A DNA stretch of 56,473 bases from contig JAFYZY010000175.1 of the NCBI GenBank assembly GCA_017548485.1, positions 1 through 56,473 on the forward strand, in the 5' to 3' direction. The notes beneath the pieces were generated by a model. That model saw only the letters and a list, made by a program, of their open reading frames with translations. It was not told the origin of the DNA and ran no database searches. Position numbers and translations under genes: made by a program. This DNA comes from Oscillospiraceae bacterium (lineage in GTDB: Bacteria; Bacillota; Clostridia; Oscillospirales; Ruminococcaceae). Within the stretch, counting starts at the first letter, position 1, and every line of letters starts with the position of its first letter. Positions 8,882 to 19,304 of the stretch are shown in pieces.

Positions 8882-9927
8882 TTTTCATAGTCCTCCGGAT
8901 CAACAGTGTGAGTAGCGAGATATTTCCACCAGGCCTGTCCGCCGGTCTCGTTGATATAGAAGCCGTTTGAGGAGTAGCTCCCGTTCAGGGAACCGGAAGC
9001 GTCGGACATGCCGGAGCAGCAGTCGACGCAGTAGGCGGAATGCTTCTGCGCAACTGACATTATCATATCGTTGTATTCTTTGATGCGTGAATTCTTTATG
9101 TAGTTGTTTGAGTACTTGGCCTCATCCACCGGAACGATATTCAGAAGGAATACGGAAGCGGCGGGCTGAAGCCTCTTTATCTCATCGATGAGCGCGTCAT
9201 AGTCTTCCTCGAACACTTCCGGATACGACCAGCCGAGCTCATTGAGGCCGAGACAGATGTAGACTTTTCCGTACGATCTCTCGGTAAGAGCGGAAGCGAA
9301 GGTCTGCTCGACTCCGTCCGCATCGACACAGTCGTATGTCAGCGCGTTCGACACGTTGATCGCTGTTCCGTAAAGGACTTTGCTGAATGTCCCGATGCTG
9401 TAGGTGGGCAGCAGCTGTACCACTCTGGTGTCACCTATGATGATAGCGTTCTCAAAGAATGCTTCGTTCTCCGCCGTCTCCGGTGCGGGGCGGGTGTAAT
9501 CGTAATACAGAGGAACTCTGTGCACGGTGACCTCGTCGGATGGCAGCGGGCCCACGTTCTCGGTGGTCACATACTTGCTCTGGATCGCTTTTGAGATCAG
9601 CTTCACCACGGGGATCAGGATGATCAGGCAGAGCAGTGCAAGGGCTATGATCCTGCGGATGAGGTATTTGTTCTTATTGCTCTTCTTCATTGACGTCACA
9701 GGCTTTCTGCGTTGCGGCTCTGAAGGAGCGGCCGGACTTTCTTCCGGTGTATCATCCTCTTCTGGTTCTTCGGAGAGCTCCTGTTCAGGGTCCGTAAACG
9801 GCTCATCAGAGGGAGTCCAGTCAAAGACTACCTCGTTTTCTGCGGCAAGAGCTTCCTCCCGCTCAAGATCAGCGGGGGGCTCACCCGGGTCGAATGTAAA
9901 TATCATTTTATTCTCTTCGTTTTCCAT
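8878..9927 (-). CDS. membrane-anchored SGNH/GDSL-fold protein with an acidic N-terminal tail; catalytic residues possibly substituted
   Basis: Start re-called at Met 9927 (MENEENK...). One TM segment (IIALALLCLIILIPVV). Block-like motifs IIIGDT, CLGLNELG and SNGFYINETG stand where GDS, GxND and DGxH are expected. Confidence 0.5.
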   Translation of the reverse strand: MENEENKMIFTFDPGEPPADLEREEALAAENEVVFDWTPSDEPFTDPEQELSEEPEEDDTPEESPAAPSEPQRRKPVTSMKKSNKNKYLIRRIIALALLCLIILIPVVKLISKAIQSKYVTTENVGPLPSDEVTVHRVPLYYDYTRPAPETAENEAFFENAIIIGDTRVVQLLPTYSIGTFSKVLYGTAINVSNALTYDCVDADGVEQTFASALTERSYGKVYICLGLNELGWSYPEVFEEDYDALIDEIKRLQPAASVFLLNIVPVDEAKYSNNYIKNSRIKEYNDMIMSVAQKHSAYCVDCCSGMSDASGSLNGSYSSNGFYINETGGQAWWKYLATHTVDPEDYEN

Positions 9928-10038
9928 AGTTAAAATAATAGACCAAAGATATGTATTTTTCAACAAAACGCCTGGCTTCTGCAGGGAGACGAAGCAGAGA
10001 AAAAAGAGGCGCGGCATCAGCTGCTCGGCCATGCATGC

Positions 10039-10068
10039 TTTACACTGAACATCTGTTCTTATTATAAT
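10039..10068 (+). promoter_or_regulatory. SigA-type promoter upstream of lepA
   Basis: TTTACA (10039-10044), 18-nt spacer, TATAAT (10063-10068), then RBS AGGAGA before the ATG at 10093. Confidence 0.45.
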
Positions 10069-10092
10069 ATGCATTGCTTTAGGAGATTTTTA

Positions 10093-11892
10093 ATGAACGA
10101 TCACATCAGGAATTTTTCTATCATTGCTCACATCGATCACGGCAAATCGACTCTTGCCGACCGGTTTCTGGAGATCACCAACTCCGTCGATTCCAGGGAG
10201 ATGAGAGGGCAGATACTTGACGGTATGGATCTCGAACAGGAGAGAGGCATCACCATCAAGGCCAGTGCAGTGACGATAGAGTATAAAGCAAAGAACGGGG
10301 AAGTTTATGAGTACAACCTCATAGACACTCCGGGTCATGTCGACTTCAACTATGAGGTCTCACGGAGCCTTGCCGCGTGTGAAGGCGCGGTTCTTATCGT
10401 CGACGCGACTCAGGGAGTGGAGGCCCAGACCCTCGCCAATGCCTATCTGGCGGTGGACAATGATCTGGAGATCCTTCCTGTGATCAACAAGATAGATCTT
10501 GTCTCGGCGGATCCCGACAGATGCAAGCAGGAGCTGGAGGACTATGTAGGGATACCTGCGGACGATGCTCCGCTGATCTCCGCCAAACTGGGGACGAACG
10601 TGGAGGAGGTGCTTGAACGCATCGCTTCCGACTTCCCGCCTCCCGGCGGAGATGAGAACGCGCCGCTCAAATGCCTTATCTTCGACTCTGCGTATGACAG
10701 CTACAAGGGAGTGATAGTCTATGTCCGCGTCTACGACGGCACGGTAAAGGCCGGGGACCGCATCAGGATGATGGGTACCGGCGCCGAATTCCAGGTCGTT
10801 GAGGTCGGCAGGATGAGAGCTCTGTTCCACGAGCCCTGTGATTGTCTGTCGGCGGGCGAGGTCGGTTATATCACTGCAAGCATCAAGAGAGTCGCTGATA
10901 CCAGGGTGGGCGATACCGTGACATCCGCCGAAAGGCCCTGCGACAGTCCTCTTCCCGGATACAGAAAGGTGATGCCGATGGTGTTCTGCGGGATATATCC
11001 TGCGGACGGAGCCGACTATGAGTCCCTCAAGGATGCTCTCGCGAAGCTGTCGCTGAATGACGCGTCGCTCTCTTATGAACCCGAGACTTCCGGTGCCCTG
11101 GGATTCGGATTCAGATGCGGATTCCTCGGACTGCTGCATCTTGAGGTGATTACCGAGAGACTGGAAAGGGAATTCGATCTGGATCTTGTGACTACGGTGC
11201 CGAGCGTCGTGTACAGGATAACGCTGAATTCGGGAGAAGTGATCGAGATCGACAACCCGACATCCTATCCCGATCCCGCTACGATCGCAAAGACAGAAGA
11301 GCCTGTGGTGGATGCACATATCCTCTCACCGACGGATTACGTCGGCGCCATAATGGATCTCTGCCAGAGGCGCAGAGGGACGTTCATCGACATGAACTAC
11401 ATAGACAAGACGAGGGTGGATCTGCATTACGAGCTCCCTCTTGCCGAGATCATATATGATTTCTTCGATGCCCTTAAGAGCAGGACAAGAGGATACGCAT
11501 CTCTTGACTATGAGATAAAGGGATACAGGGAGAGCAAGCTCGTCAAACTCGATTTCCTGATAGCCGGAGAACAGGTGGACGCCCTCTCATTTATAATCTT
11601 CGCGGATGATGCATACTCAAGAGGAAGGAAGACTGCGGAGCGCCTCAAGGAATATATCCCCAGGCAGCTGTTCGAGGTCGCTATCCAGGCGGCGGTAGGC
11701 GGAAGGATCATCGCGAGGGAAACAGTCAAGGCTCTGAGAAAGGATGTTCTCGCGAAATGCTACGGCGGGGACATATCGAGGAAGAAGAAGCTGCTCGAGA
11801 AGCAGAAAGAGGGGAAAAAGAGGATGCGCAAGTTCGGATCCGTCGAAGTCCCGAGCGAAGCTTTCACCGCAGTGCTCAAACTTGATGACTGA
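10093..11892 (+). CDS. lepA: translation elongation factor 4 (LepA)
   Basis: [20 protein letters not shown] (G1), DTPGHVDF (G3), NKIDL (G4), and the LepA-specific C-terminal region [22 protein letters not shown]. Confidence 0.97.
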   Translation: MNDHIRNFSIIAHIDHGKSTLADRFLEITNSVDSREMRGQILDGMDLEQERGITIKASAVTIEYKAKNGEVYEYNLIDTPGHVDFNYEVSRSLAACEGAVLIVDATQGVEAQTLANAYLAVDNDLEILPVINKIDLVSADPDRCKQELEDYVGIPADDAPLISAKLGTNVEEVLERIASDFPPPGGDENAPLKCLIFDSAYDSYKGVIVYVRVYDGTVKAGDRIRMMGTGAEFQVVEVGRMRALFHEPCDCLSAGEVGYITASIKRVADTRVGDTVTSAERPCDSPLPGYRKVMPMVFCGIYPADGADYESLKDALAKLSLNDASLSYEPETSGALGFGFRCGFLGLLHLEVITERLEREFDLDLVTTVPSVVYRITLNSGEVIEIDNPTSYPDPATIAKTEEPVVDAHILSPTDYVGAIMDLCQRRRGTFIDMNYIDKTRVDLHYELPLAEIIYDFFDALKSRTRGYASLDYEIKGYRESKLVKLDFLIAGEQVDALSFIIFADDAYSRGRKTAERLKEYIPRQLFEVAIQAAVGGRIIARETVKALRKDVLAKCYGGDISRKKKLLEKQKEGKKRMRKFGSVEVPSEAFTAVLKLDD

Positions 11893-11972
11893 TCTGTATC
11901 AGATATAACAGATGATCAACAGCCGGCAGGAGATTCCTGCCGGCCGGTGATGCATGCACAGGAGAACGGAAG

Positions 11973-12581
11973 ATGTTTTCACGGTTGTTTAAAAAAAGCG
12001 GAGTTTCATGGATCGTAGCCGGACTGGGAAATCCCGACAGCAAGTACGAAGGTACCCGCCATAACATGGGATTCATTGCCATGGATCATATAGCGGAGAA
12101 AAAGGGCATATCCGTGACGAGAGCCAAGTTCAGGTCGCTGACCGCGGTCAGCAGGGAAGACTGCGGACAGGTGCTTTACATGAAACCTCTTACATACATG
12201 AACAGATCCGGAGACGCCATAGGAGAAGCAGCCAGATTCTATAAGATCCCTGCGGATCATATCATCGTCATCTGCGACGATATCACCCTTCCCGCAGGAA
12301 CGATAAGGATCCGGGCGAAAGGAGAATCCGGAGGTCACAACGGCCTGAAGAGCATCATCTCTGCACTGGGCAGCAGCGAGTTTCCCCGCATCAAGGTGGG
12401 GGTGGGAAACGGAACGCCGTCCGGTGACGAACTTGTGGATTTCGTTCTGGGAAAACCGGACGCGGAAGACCTCAGGGCCATCATGAGCAGGATGGACGAT
12501 ATCTTCTCATCCCAGGAACTTATCAAGGAAGGACAGCTTGAGCTCGCACAGAGCAGATACAACAAAGGAAAAGCCGAATGA
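11973..12581 (+). CDS. pth: peptidyl-tRNA hydrolase
   Basis: VAGLGNPDSKYEGTRHNMGF and GGHNGLKSI signatures, about 200 aa. Confidence 0.95.
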   Translation: MFSRLFKKSGVSWIVAGLGNPDSKYEGTRHNMGFIAMDHIAEKKGISVTRAKFRSLTAVSREDCGQVLYMKPLTYMNRSGDAIGEAARFYKIPADHIIVICDDITLPAGTIRIRAKGESGGHNGLKSIISALGSSEFPRIKVGVGNGTPSGDELVDFVLGKPDAEDLRAIMSRMDDIFSSQELIKEGQLELAQSRYNKGKAE

Positions 12582-15500
12582 GGATCCTCGAAGCGATCGC
12601 CGAAAGCAGACAGATAGAGGAGCTGGCAGACTCTCTGAAGGGAAGAAAGAGAGCGTCGGCTCTCTTTGGCGCGCACAGGATCCACCGCGCGGTATGCGCG
12701 GCGGCTTTTGCGCTTAGAACAGATAAAAAGGTCATCGCGGTCTTTGAGAGCGACTCCGATGCCTTCCGTTCCGCGGAAGACATAAGAGCGCTCGGATTCA
12801 GGAGAGTTGAGGCGATCCCGTCAAGAGAGATCACGCTCCTGGATGTGGAAGGAGCTTCTAGGGAGGAGGAGATAGCAAGGCTGTCGGTCCTCGGAAAGGC
12901 TGCGAGAGGCGAGCTGGACCTGATCTGCTGCTCGGTCGAGGCGCTGTGCCTGCTGACGATGCCGCATGAAGTATATCTCTCCAGGCTCAGGGAGATCAGA
13001 AAGGGAGACAGGGCAGACCAGAGAGAACTGTCCGCCTCGCTGCTGGAAGCCGGCTACACCAGGACCGAGAGAGTGGAGGGAAGAGGACAGTTCGCCGTAA
13101 GGGGAGATATCATCGATATATTCCCGACGGACAGGGATGCTCCCATAAGGATCGAGCTCTTCGGAGATGAGGTCGACAGGATATCGGAATTCTCTGCAGA
13201 TACGCAGAGAAGGACCTCGGATCTTGAGAAAGCGGAAATATCTCCGGCGAGAGAGATCTCGTTCTTCGGACAGGCAGCCGAAAAAGCGGAGGCTTTCTGC
13301 GGGTCGCTGAAGGAAGGCCCCCTTAAGGAAGCAATCTCTTCCGATCTGCAGGAGATGGAGGAAGGAATACTCCCGGCATGCTCCGACAGGTATCTGAATG
13401 TCTGCTATGACGATCCCGAGACGGTAGCGGATTATCTTCCGGATGCCGTGTTCTTCATCTCGGAGCCGGTAGAACTTGAAGCGCGCTTCAAGAACCTGAT
13501 GCAGAGACACACATACGATCTGGAGGATTTCTCCGGGAAAGGCCTGTACACGAAGGAGCTCGGGAAGTTCTATGCGGATATGGACGGGATCTTCGCGGAG
13601 CACGACAGAGTGCTGTGCGAGACTTTCACCAGGGCAGTGGGAGAGAGAGTCCTTTCCGCCGTCGTCAATATAAGCTCAAACACCGTACCGAGATGGAACG
13701 GAGAGATCGCCGTTCTGACAGAGGATCTCTCCGCATACAGGGACACAGGATACAGCTGCGTGGTATTCACCGGCACCGCGAGGGCGGCAGAGGCTGTAAG
13801 GGGAGATCTGGAATCGGAGGGTTTCGAAGCTGAAGTTACGCAGGGCTCGCTCCCTGCGGAAGGACATGTCGCGGTCACGGAAGGATCGCTGTCATCGGGC
13901 TTCGAATTCATGCCCCTTAAGATCGCCGTTATTTCGTCCTACAACGAGAACAGAAAGGTCGCTGCCTCATCGAGGCAGAAAAAGGCGTCGGAATCGTTCG
14001 GAAGCCTTGAGGATCTGCGAAAGGGCGATTACGTCGTGCACAGGAACCACGGCATCGGAATGTTCGACGGGATAAAAAGGATCGACCACCACGGATATGT
14101 GGCAGACTACATAACGCTGAGATACCGGGACGGAGACATGCTTTACGTTCCCGTGACGAGCCTTGACATGGTTAGCCCCTACATCTCGGGGAAAGAAGAC
14201 GCCAAGGTGACGCTCAACAAGCTCAACTCGGACGAATGGAAGAAGACCAAGCAGAAAGTCTACAGATCCGTCAGGGAGATGGCGAAGGAGCTGATCGAGC
14301 TCTATGCAAAAAGAGAGAAGACAGAGGGGATCAGTTTCTCCTCCGACACGGAATGGCAGCGCGATTTCGAAGCGAGGTTTCCCTATGAGGAGACAGAGGA
14401 CCAGCTGAGAAGCTCGGAAGAGATAAAGAAGGACATGGAGAGCCGCAGGCCTATGGACCGGCTGCTTTGCGGAGACGTCGGCGTGGGCAAAACGGAGGTG
14501 GCTCTCAGAGCCGCGTTCAAGTGCGTGAGCGACGGATATCAGGTCGCTATTCTGGTTCCGACGACGATCCTGGCATGGCAGCACTATCAGACGGTGCTGG
14601 AGCGCATGGATCCGTTCCCCATAAAGACCGCGCTGCTGTCGCGGTTCGCGGATTCCAAGGCTATCAAGGCCGCCGTCGCGGGGATCAGGAATGGCACGGT
14701 CGACATCGCGATAGGGACGCACAGGCTCCTGCAGAAAGATATCGAATTCAAGAAACTGGGACTGCTGATAGTCGACGAGGAGCAGAGGTTCGGCGTCGCC
14801 CACAAGGAAAAGCTCAAGGAGAAATTCCCCGGGGTCGACGTCCTGACGCTGTCGGCGACCCCTATCCCGCGCACGCTGAACATGGCGATGAGCGGCATCA
14901 GAGACATGAGCACCATAGAGAACCCTCCCATCGACAGGCATCCGGTGCAGACATATGTGACCGAATATGACGAAGATACAGTAAAAAACGCCATCCGCAG
15001 GGAACTGTCCAGAGGAGGACAGGTCTACTACCTGCACAACAGAGTAGAGACCATTGAGAAGACTGCCGCCAGACTGCTGGAGATGATCCCGGAGGCCAGG
15101 ATAGAGATAGCGCACGGGCAGATGAACGAACAGCAGCTCTCGGAAGTATGGAGGAGGATGGTGGAGGGGGAGTGCGACGTTCTGGTCTGCACTACGATAA
15201 TCGAGACCGGCGTTGACATAGCCAACTGCAACACGCTGATAATAGAGGACGCAGACAATCTTGGGCTCGCGCAGCTCTATCAGCTGAGAGGAAGAGTGGG
15301 GAGAAGCAGCAGGAGAGCATACGCGTGGCTGCTGTTCCGCAGGGACAAGGTGCTCACTGAGGTGTCGGCAAAGAGACTTGCGGCGATAAGGGATTTCACG
15401 GCTTTCGGGTCCGGGTTCAAGATAGCGATGAGAGACCTTCAGATCCGAGGTGCGGGAAGCGTCCTTTCCGCCAGACAGAGCGGACACATACAGAACGTGG

Positions 15501-16027
15501 GATATGAGACATACATACGTATTCTGGAACAGGCCGTGAGCGATGAACAGGGCATCGAGGCTCCCGCGAAAGAGACGGAATGCAGGATAGACCTGCAGAT
15601 CTCCGCTTATATACCCGACAGTTATATAGAAGATATAGAGAGCCGCATAGAGATGTATAAGAGGATAGCCGACATCAAATGCAAGGAAGATTACGACGAA
15701 GTTGTAAGCGAGCTCAGAGACAGATTCGGGCCGCTGCCGGAATGCGTGAGGCAGCTCTGCAGCGTATCCTCTGCCAGAGCCAACGCGGCACGGCTCGGTT
15801 TCTACGAGATAAGAGGAAGGAACGGCTCGGTGCTGATGTACATTGACGGACTGAGCGACGCGCAGCTGAGGGCGGCAGTCAAGGCGCTGCCCGGCAGAGT
15901 CTATTACTCTGCAAGAGGAAAGAAGTATCTGACTATAAGCGATACCGACGACGGTGCCCCGCTTGAGGACATTTTCCTGGTCCTTGACGCGCTGAGAGAT
16001 GCCGCAGGTGCATCCGGGACAGCGTGA
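12578..16027 (+). CDS. mfd: transcription-repair coupling factor
   Basis: 1149 aa. UvrB-homology N-terminus, CarD/RNAP-interaction domain (GDYVVHRNHGIG), SF2 helicase motifs GDVGVGKTEVA, DEEQRFG and LSATPIPRT, and the TRG region. The ATG overlaps the pth stop. Confidence 0.97.
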   Translation: MRILEAIAESRQIEELADSLKGRKRASALFGAHRIHRAVCAAAFALRTDKKVIAVFESDSDAFRSAEDIRALGFRRVEAIPSREITLLDVEGASREEEIARLSVLGKAARGELDLICCSVEALCLLTMPHEVYLSRLREIRKGDRADQRELSASLLEAGYTRTERVEGRGQFAVRGDIIDIFPTDRDAPIRIELFGDEVDRISEFSADTQRRTSDLEKAEISPAREISFFGQAAEKAEAFCGSLKEGPLKEAISSDLQEMEEGILPACSDRYLNVCYDDPETVADYLPDAVFFISEPVELEARFKNLMQRHTYDLEDFSGKGLYTKELGKFYADMDGIFAEHDRVLCETFTRAVGERVLSAVVNISSNTVPRWNGEIAVLTEDLSAYRDTGYSCVVFTGTARAAEAVRGDLESEGFEAEVTQGSLPAEGHVAVTEGSLSSGFEFMPLKIAVISSYNENRKVAASSRQKKASESFGSLEDLRKGDYVVHRNHGIGMFDGIKRIDHHGYVADYITLRYRDGDMLYVPVTSLDMVSPYISGKEDAKVTLNKLNSDEWKKTKQKVYRSVREMAKELIELYAKREKTEGISFSSDTEWQRDFEARFPYEETEDQLRSSEEIKKDMESRRPMDRLLCGDVGVGKTEVALRAAFKCVSDGYQVAILVPTTILAWQHYQTVLERMDPFPIKTALLSRFADSKAIKAAVAGIRNGTVDIAIGTHRLLQKDIEFKKLGLLIVDEEQRFGVAHKEKLKEKFPGVDVLTLSATPIPRTLNMAMSGIRDMSTIENPPIDRHPVQTYVTEYDEDTVKNAIRRELSRGGQVYYLHNRVETIEKTAARLLEMIPEARIEIAHGQMNEQQLSEVWRRMVEGECDVLVCTTIIETGVDIANCNTLIIEDADNLGLAQLYQLRGRVGRSSRRAYAWLLFRRDKVLTEVSAKRLAAIRDFTAFGSGFKIAMRDLQIRGAGSVLSARQSGHIQNVGYETYIRILEQAVSDEQGIEAPAKETECRIDLQISAYIPDSYIEDIESRIEMYKRIADIKCKEDYDEVVSELRDRFGPLPECVRQLCSVSSARANAARLGFYEIRGRNGSVLMYIDGLSDAQLRAAVKALPGRVYYSARGKKYLTISDTDDGAPLEDIFLVLDALRDAAGASGTA

Positions 16028-16050
16028 CTTTTTGGGACGGAGCGACACAA

Positions 16051-17280
16051 ATGGGAGAGAATAACGTAAAAAAGAGATACATGATCAGAAGGATCATCGC
16101 CTTCGCAGTGCTGCTGGCTGTCGCTGCAGGCGCATGTTCGCTGTTTTTCGGAAGGAATTCCAGAAAAGCGGCTCATAAAGCGGCGGTGGACAGTCTGTCG
16201 ATGGATCCGGCTGATGATGCCGCAGTCAATTCCGCTTACCAGGGGACCTCATACAGGGGATCCGGTGACGGAGGGACATTCGAATACGGCACAGCGGTCA
16301 TCGATCCGCTGAGCCTTGTCGGAAGACATACAGGGGAGCTGACCGTTGTGAAAGGCTCGGACATCGACACATCGGTGATCGGAGAGTATGACATCACATA
16401 CAGGCTGTCCTGCACAGACGAATACGGGTCGAAGGCGGTCAGGGACATAGTCAGGCATTATTCCGTGGAAGATACGGCAGCTCCTGAGATAGAGATGAGA
16501 TATCCCATAGTGACTCTTTTCACCGGAGAGGACTTCGATCCTCTGCAGAACGTGCTGTCAGCAAGAGACCCTGTCGACGGAGACGTCGAATGCAGCTCGG
16601 ATGCCGATATCGATACCGAAAGAGCAGGGTCATACAGCGTCAGAGTCACGGCAAAGGACAGAAACGGAAATGAGACTAGCGCGGAGTACACTGTGGATAT
16701 AGATGTTTTTGCCCCGGCGGTCACTCCCTCCGACGGCGTATACAACTACGCCGTAAGGATCAACAGGGCGGCAAACACGATAACGGTGTATAAAAGGGAC
16801 GACAGCGGACAGTATACGATCCCTTACAAGGCGATGGTCTGTTCCACCGGAGACGCAACTCCTCTGGGGACGTTCTATACTTACGACGATCCATCCAACA
16901 GCAAATGGTCTCCGAGATATCCCTGGTGGTCGCTTTACGGAGGAGTATACGGGATGTACGCGACGGGGATAACCGGGGCGATCCTGTTCCACTCGGTGCC
17001 CTACTACTCTCCCAATCAGAACGATCTTGAATACGGGGAATACAACAAGCTCGGAACGGCCGCATCGATGGGCTGCGTCAGACTGGCCGTCAGGGACGTG
17101 ATGTGGATATTCTCCCACTGTCCCAAGGGAACGATGGTGGAATTCTATGACGACGCCGATGATCCGGGCCCGCTCGGGAAACCGGAGCCGGTCCATATAG
17201 ACACATCCAGTCCGAACAGAGGGTGGGATCCGACCGATCCTGATCCCGCGAACCCCTGGCATACCGGGCAGCAGAATTGA
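16051..17280 (+). CDS. L,D-transpeptidase (YkuD domain) with N-terminal TM anchor and Ig-like repeats
   Basis: C-terminal HSVPY...GTAASMGCVRLAVRD is the YkuD catalytic His / Ser-x-Gly-Cys-x-Arg signature. The middle region resembles Ig-like/DUF5011 repeats. The start is uncertain: GTG 16024, ATG 16051 or ATG 16081. Confidence 0.8.
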   Translation: MGENNVKKRYMIRRIIAFAVLLAVAAGACSLFFGRNSRKAAHKAAVDSLSMDPADDAAVNSAYQGTSYRGSGDGGTFEYGTAVIDPLSLVGRHTGELTVVKGSDIDTSVIGEYDITYRLSCTDEYGSKAVRDIVRHYSVEDTAAPEIEMRYPIVTLFTGEDFDPLQNVLSARDPVDGDVECSSDADIDTERAGSYSVRVTAKDRNGNETSAEYTVDIDVFAPAVTPSDGVYNYAVRINRAANTITVYKRDDSGQYTIPYKAMVCSTGDATPLGTFYTYDDPSNSKWSPRYPWWSLYGGVYGMYATGITGAILFHSVPYYSPNQNDLEYGEYNKLGTAASMGCVRLAVRDVMWIFSHCPKGTMVEFYDDADDPGPLGKPEPVHIDTSSPNRGWDPTDPDPANPWHTGQQN

Positions 17281-17397
17281 CCTGATGACGGTGCAACAGA
17301 AGAGCGGGCGGAAGACACATATTATAATGGAAGATTCCGGAAAACTCAGAATCCGGGATCTTCCATGAACAAAATAAACAACAGAGGCATTATTCGT

Positions 17398-18612
17398 ATG
17401 GATTCAAAAGCGAAAAAAAGGACATGGCTGATCATCGGGGCGATCCTTGCCCTTGGAGCGGCCCTGTTTGCTGTATGGTTCTTTTTCCTGAGAGGAAACG
17501 ACGCGGGCACCGTGTATGTGATGCCTGTAAGCTCAGTGGCGGAATTCGGAACGGGCAGTTCCAACCGCTTCAGCGGGATCGTTGAGGCTCAGCAGACCGT
17601 CGATTTCCGCAAGGACAACACTAAGACGATCAAGACTACATATGTCAGTGAAGGAGACCATGTGAACGTTGGGGATGTTCTGTTCTCCTACGACACTGAT
17701 GCCATAAAGCTCCAGATCTCTCAGAAGAAGCTCGACATCCAGAGGGAACAGGCTTCCATCACCAGCAACAATGAGATGATCGCCCTGACTGACGACGATC
17801 TTGAGAAGCAGAGGCTTCGGAACCAGAACAAGCAGACGGAATACAGGATCAAGGCGCTCCGCAACGAGCTCAGCAGTCTCGAGGAGTCCATGGCGGAAAC
17901 GGACGTGGTAAGCACTGTGGAAGGCACTGTAAAGCATGTGTCTGACGGGACCGAGGGCGGGGATGTCTATGTCTCCGTCATGAAGGCCGGGGATTATGTG
18001 GTCAAGGGAAAGGTCAACGAACTGAATCTCTCCCAGATCGCGCAGGGCACGCAGGTCGCGGTACACAGCAGGATAGACGATGCCGTATGGAGCGGGACTG
18101 TAGCCAGGATAGAGACGGGTCAGCCTGCGGAGGAGAAGGAATACGGATTCTATATATCGGATGATATGTCCACCAGTTCCAAGTACTATTTCTATGTTGA
18201 ACTGGAGAGCAGCAGCGGACTGTTCCTCGGGCAGCATGTCGTTGTGGAGCCTCTCGGAGCAGCGGTCAGGAAAGGACTGTGGCTGTTTGAGGATTACATA
18301 ATCGGCGCGGGCGGTGAATCGCCCTGTGTCTGGGCGGATTCCAACGGCCGTATCAGGAAGAAGAGCGTCACGCTCGGCGAATATGACGCCGCGATAGGAA
18401 GCTGGCAGATCGTTGACGGACTCACGATCAACGACTATATCGCTTATCCGGACGAGAGCATATCTGACGGAATGAAGACAACGACCGAATACGCGGAGGA
18501 GTTCTTCAACGGTGAAGAGTCCGGCGAATGGGAAGTGTATTACCCGGAACCGGAAGCAGAGAGCAGTGAGATCTTCGGAGGAGCGGATGTCCCGGAGGAT
18601 GACGCCGGATGA
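17398..18612 (+). CDS. efflux adaptor (membrane-fusion / HlyD-MacA family) protein 1
   Basis: N-terminal TM (WLIIGAILALGAALFAVWFFF), lipoyl-like hairpin halves VSEGDHVNVGDVLFSYD and STVEGTVKHVS around a coiled coil, then beta-barrel segments. The start at 17398 (MDSKAKKR) is preferred over 17365. Confidence 0.75.
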   Translation: MDSKAKKRTWLIIGAILALGAALFAVWFFFLRGNDAGTVYVMPVSSVAEFGTGSSNRFSGIVEAQQTVDFRKDNTKTIKTTYVSEGDHVNVGDVLFSYDTDAIKLQISQKKLDIQREQASITSNNEMIALTDDDLEKQRLRNQNKQTEYRIKALRNELSSLEESMAETDVVSTVEGTVKHVSDGTEGGDVYVSVMKAGDYVVKGKVNELNLSQIAQGTQVAVHSRIDDAVWSGTVARIETGQPAEEKEYGFYISDDMSTSSKYYFYVELESSSGLFLGQHVVVEPLGAAVRKGLWLFEDYIIGAGGESPCVWADSNGRIRKKSVTLGEYDAAIGSWQIVDGLTINDYIAYPDESISDGMKTTTEYAEEFFNGEESGEWEVYYPEPEAESSEIFGGADVPEDDAG

Positions 18613-19304
18613 TCATCGATATCAGAAATCTGTATAAGGACTATCTCAACGGGGAAATGGTGGTCCCGGTGCTCAAAGACGTGTCTTTCTCAGTGAACGA
18701 GGGAGAGTTCGTCTCCATTATGGGCAGATCCGGAAGCGGCAAGTCCACGCTGATGAATATAATCGGGTGTCTGGACAGACAGACCTCCGGTACATATCTG
18801 TTCAATGGGCAGGATGTGTCAGGCATGAGCGACGATGAACTGTCCGACCTTAGAAACAGAGGAGTCGGTTTCGTCTTCCAGCAGTTCAATCTGCTGCCGA
18901 GAGACACCGCCCTGGAGAACGTCGAGCTCCCGCTGGTGTACGCAAATGTGCCGGCCCAGGAGAGGAAAGCCCGTGCAATGGAGGCGCTGGAGAGAGTTGA
19001 CCTTGCCGACCGCGCCGATTTCCTGCCTACACAGCTGTCAGGGGGGCAGAAGCAGAGAGTAGCCATAGCCAGGGCAATAGTGAACAATCCCAGCATCCTG
19101 CTGGCGGACGAGCCGACCGGAGCGCTTGATTCCAAAAGCGGGGAACAGCTCATGGAGCTGTTCTGCGATCTGAACAGGCAGGGGATGTCGATAGTCATGA
19201 TCACGCATGAGCACGGAGTCGCCGCATATGCCCAGAGAGTCATGCTGCTCAGCGACGGTGTCCTGACGGACACTGACAAGGAAAGTCTGGAGGGCATCAA
19301 ATGA
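18609..19304 (+). CDS. ABC transporter ATP-binding protein, MacB/LolD/FtsE-like
   Basis: Walker A GRSGSGKST, signature LSGGQKQRVAIARA, Walker B ILLADEPTGALD, H-loop ITHE. 4-nt start/stop overlaps on both sides. Confidence 0.95.
   Translation: MIIDIRNLYKDYLNGEMVVPVLKDVSFSVNEGEFVSIMGRSGSGKSTLMNIIGCLDRQTSGTYLFNGQDVSGMSDDELSDLRNRGVGFVFQQFNLLPRDTALENVELPLVYANVPAQERKARAMEALERVDLADRADFLPTQLSGGQKQRVAIARAIVNNPSILLADEPTGALDSKSGEQLMELFCDLNRQGMSIVMITHEHGVAAYAQRVMLLSDGVLTDTDKESLEGIK

Noticed and set aside
13967-16048. 693-aa ORF antisense to mfd. Similar ORFs: 3863..5434, 49939..51915, 37147..38226, 10360..11319, 1708..3024, 27771..28940.
   Set aside because: These are shadow ORFs opposite genes with unambiguous conserved motifs. 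They have no RBS or promoter context, and their residue composition is skewed and low in information. The five checked share codon boundaries with the sense gene, so their length follows from avoidance of sense TTA/CTA/TCA codons.
17329-17364. 12-bp hairpin GGAAGATTCCGG / CCGGGATCTTCC right after a TATAAT (17323-17328) and abutting the ATG at 17365. Considered as a regulatory leader or attenuator for the ABC operon.
   Set aside because: There is no convincing -35 element and no T-tract. Transcription from that -10 would start inside the 5' arm. The likelier start codon is 17398. It may simply be a weak terminator or stabiliser after the L,D-transpeptidase gene.
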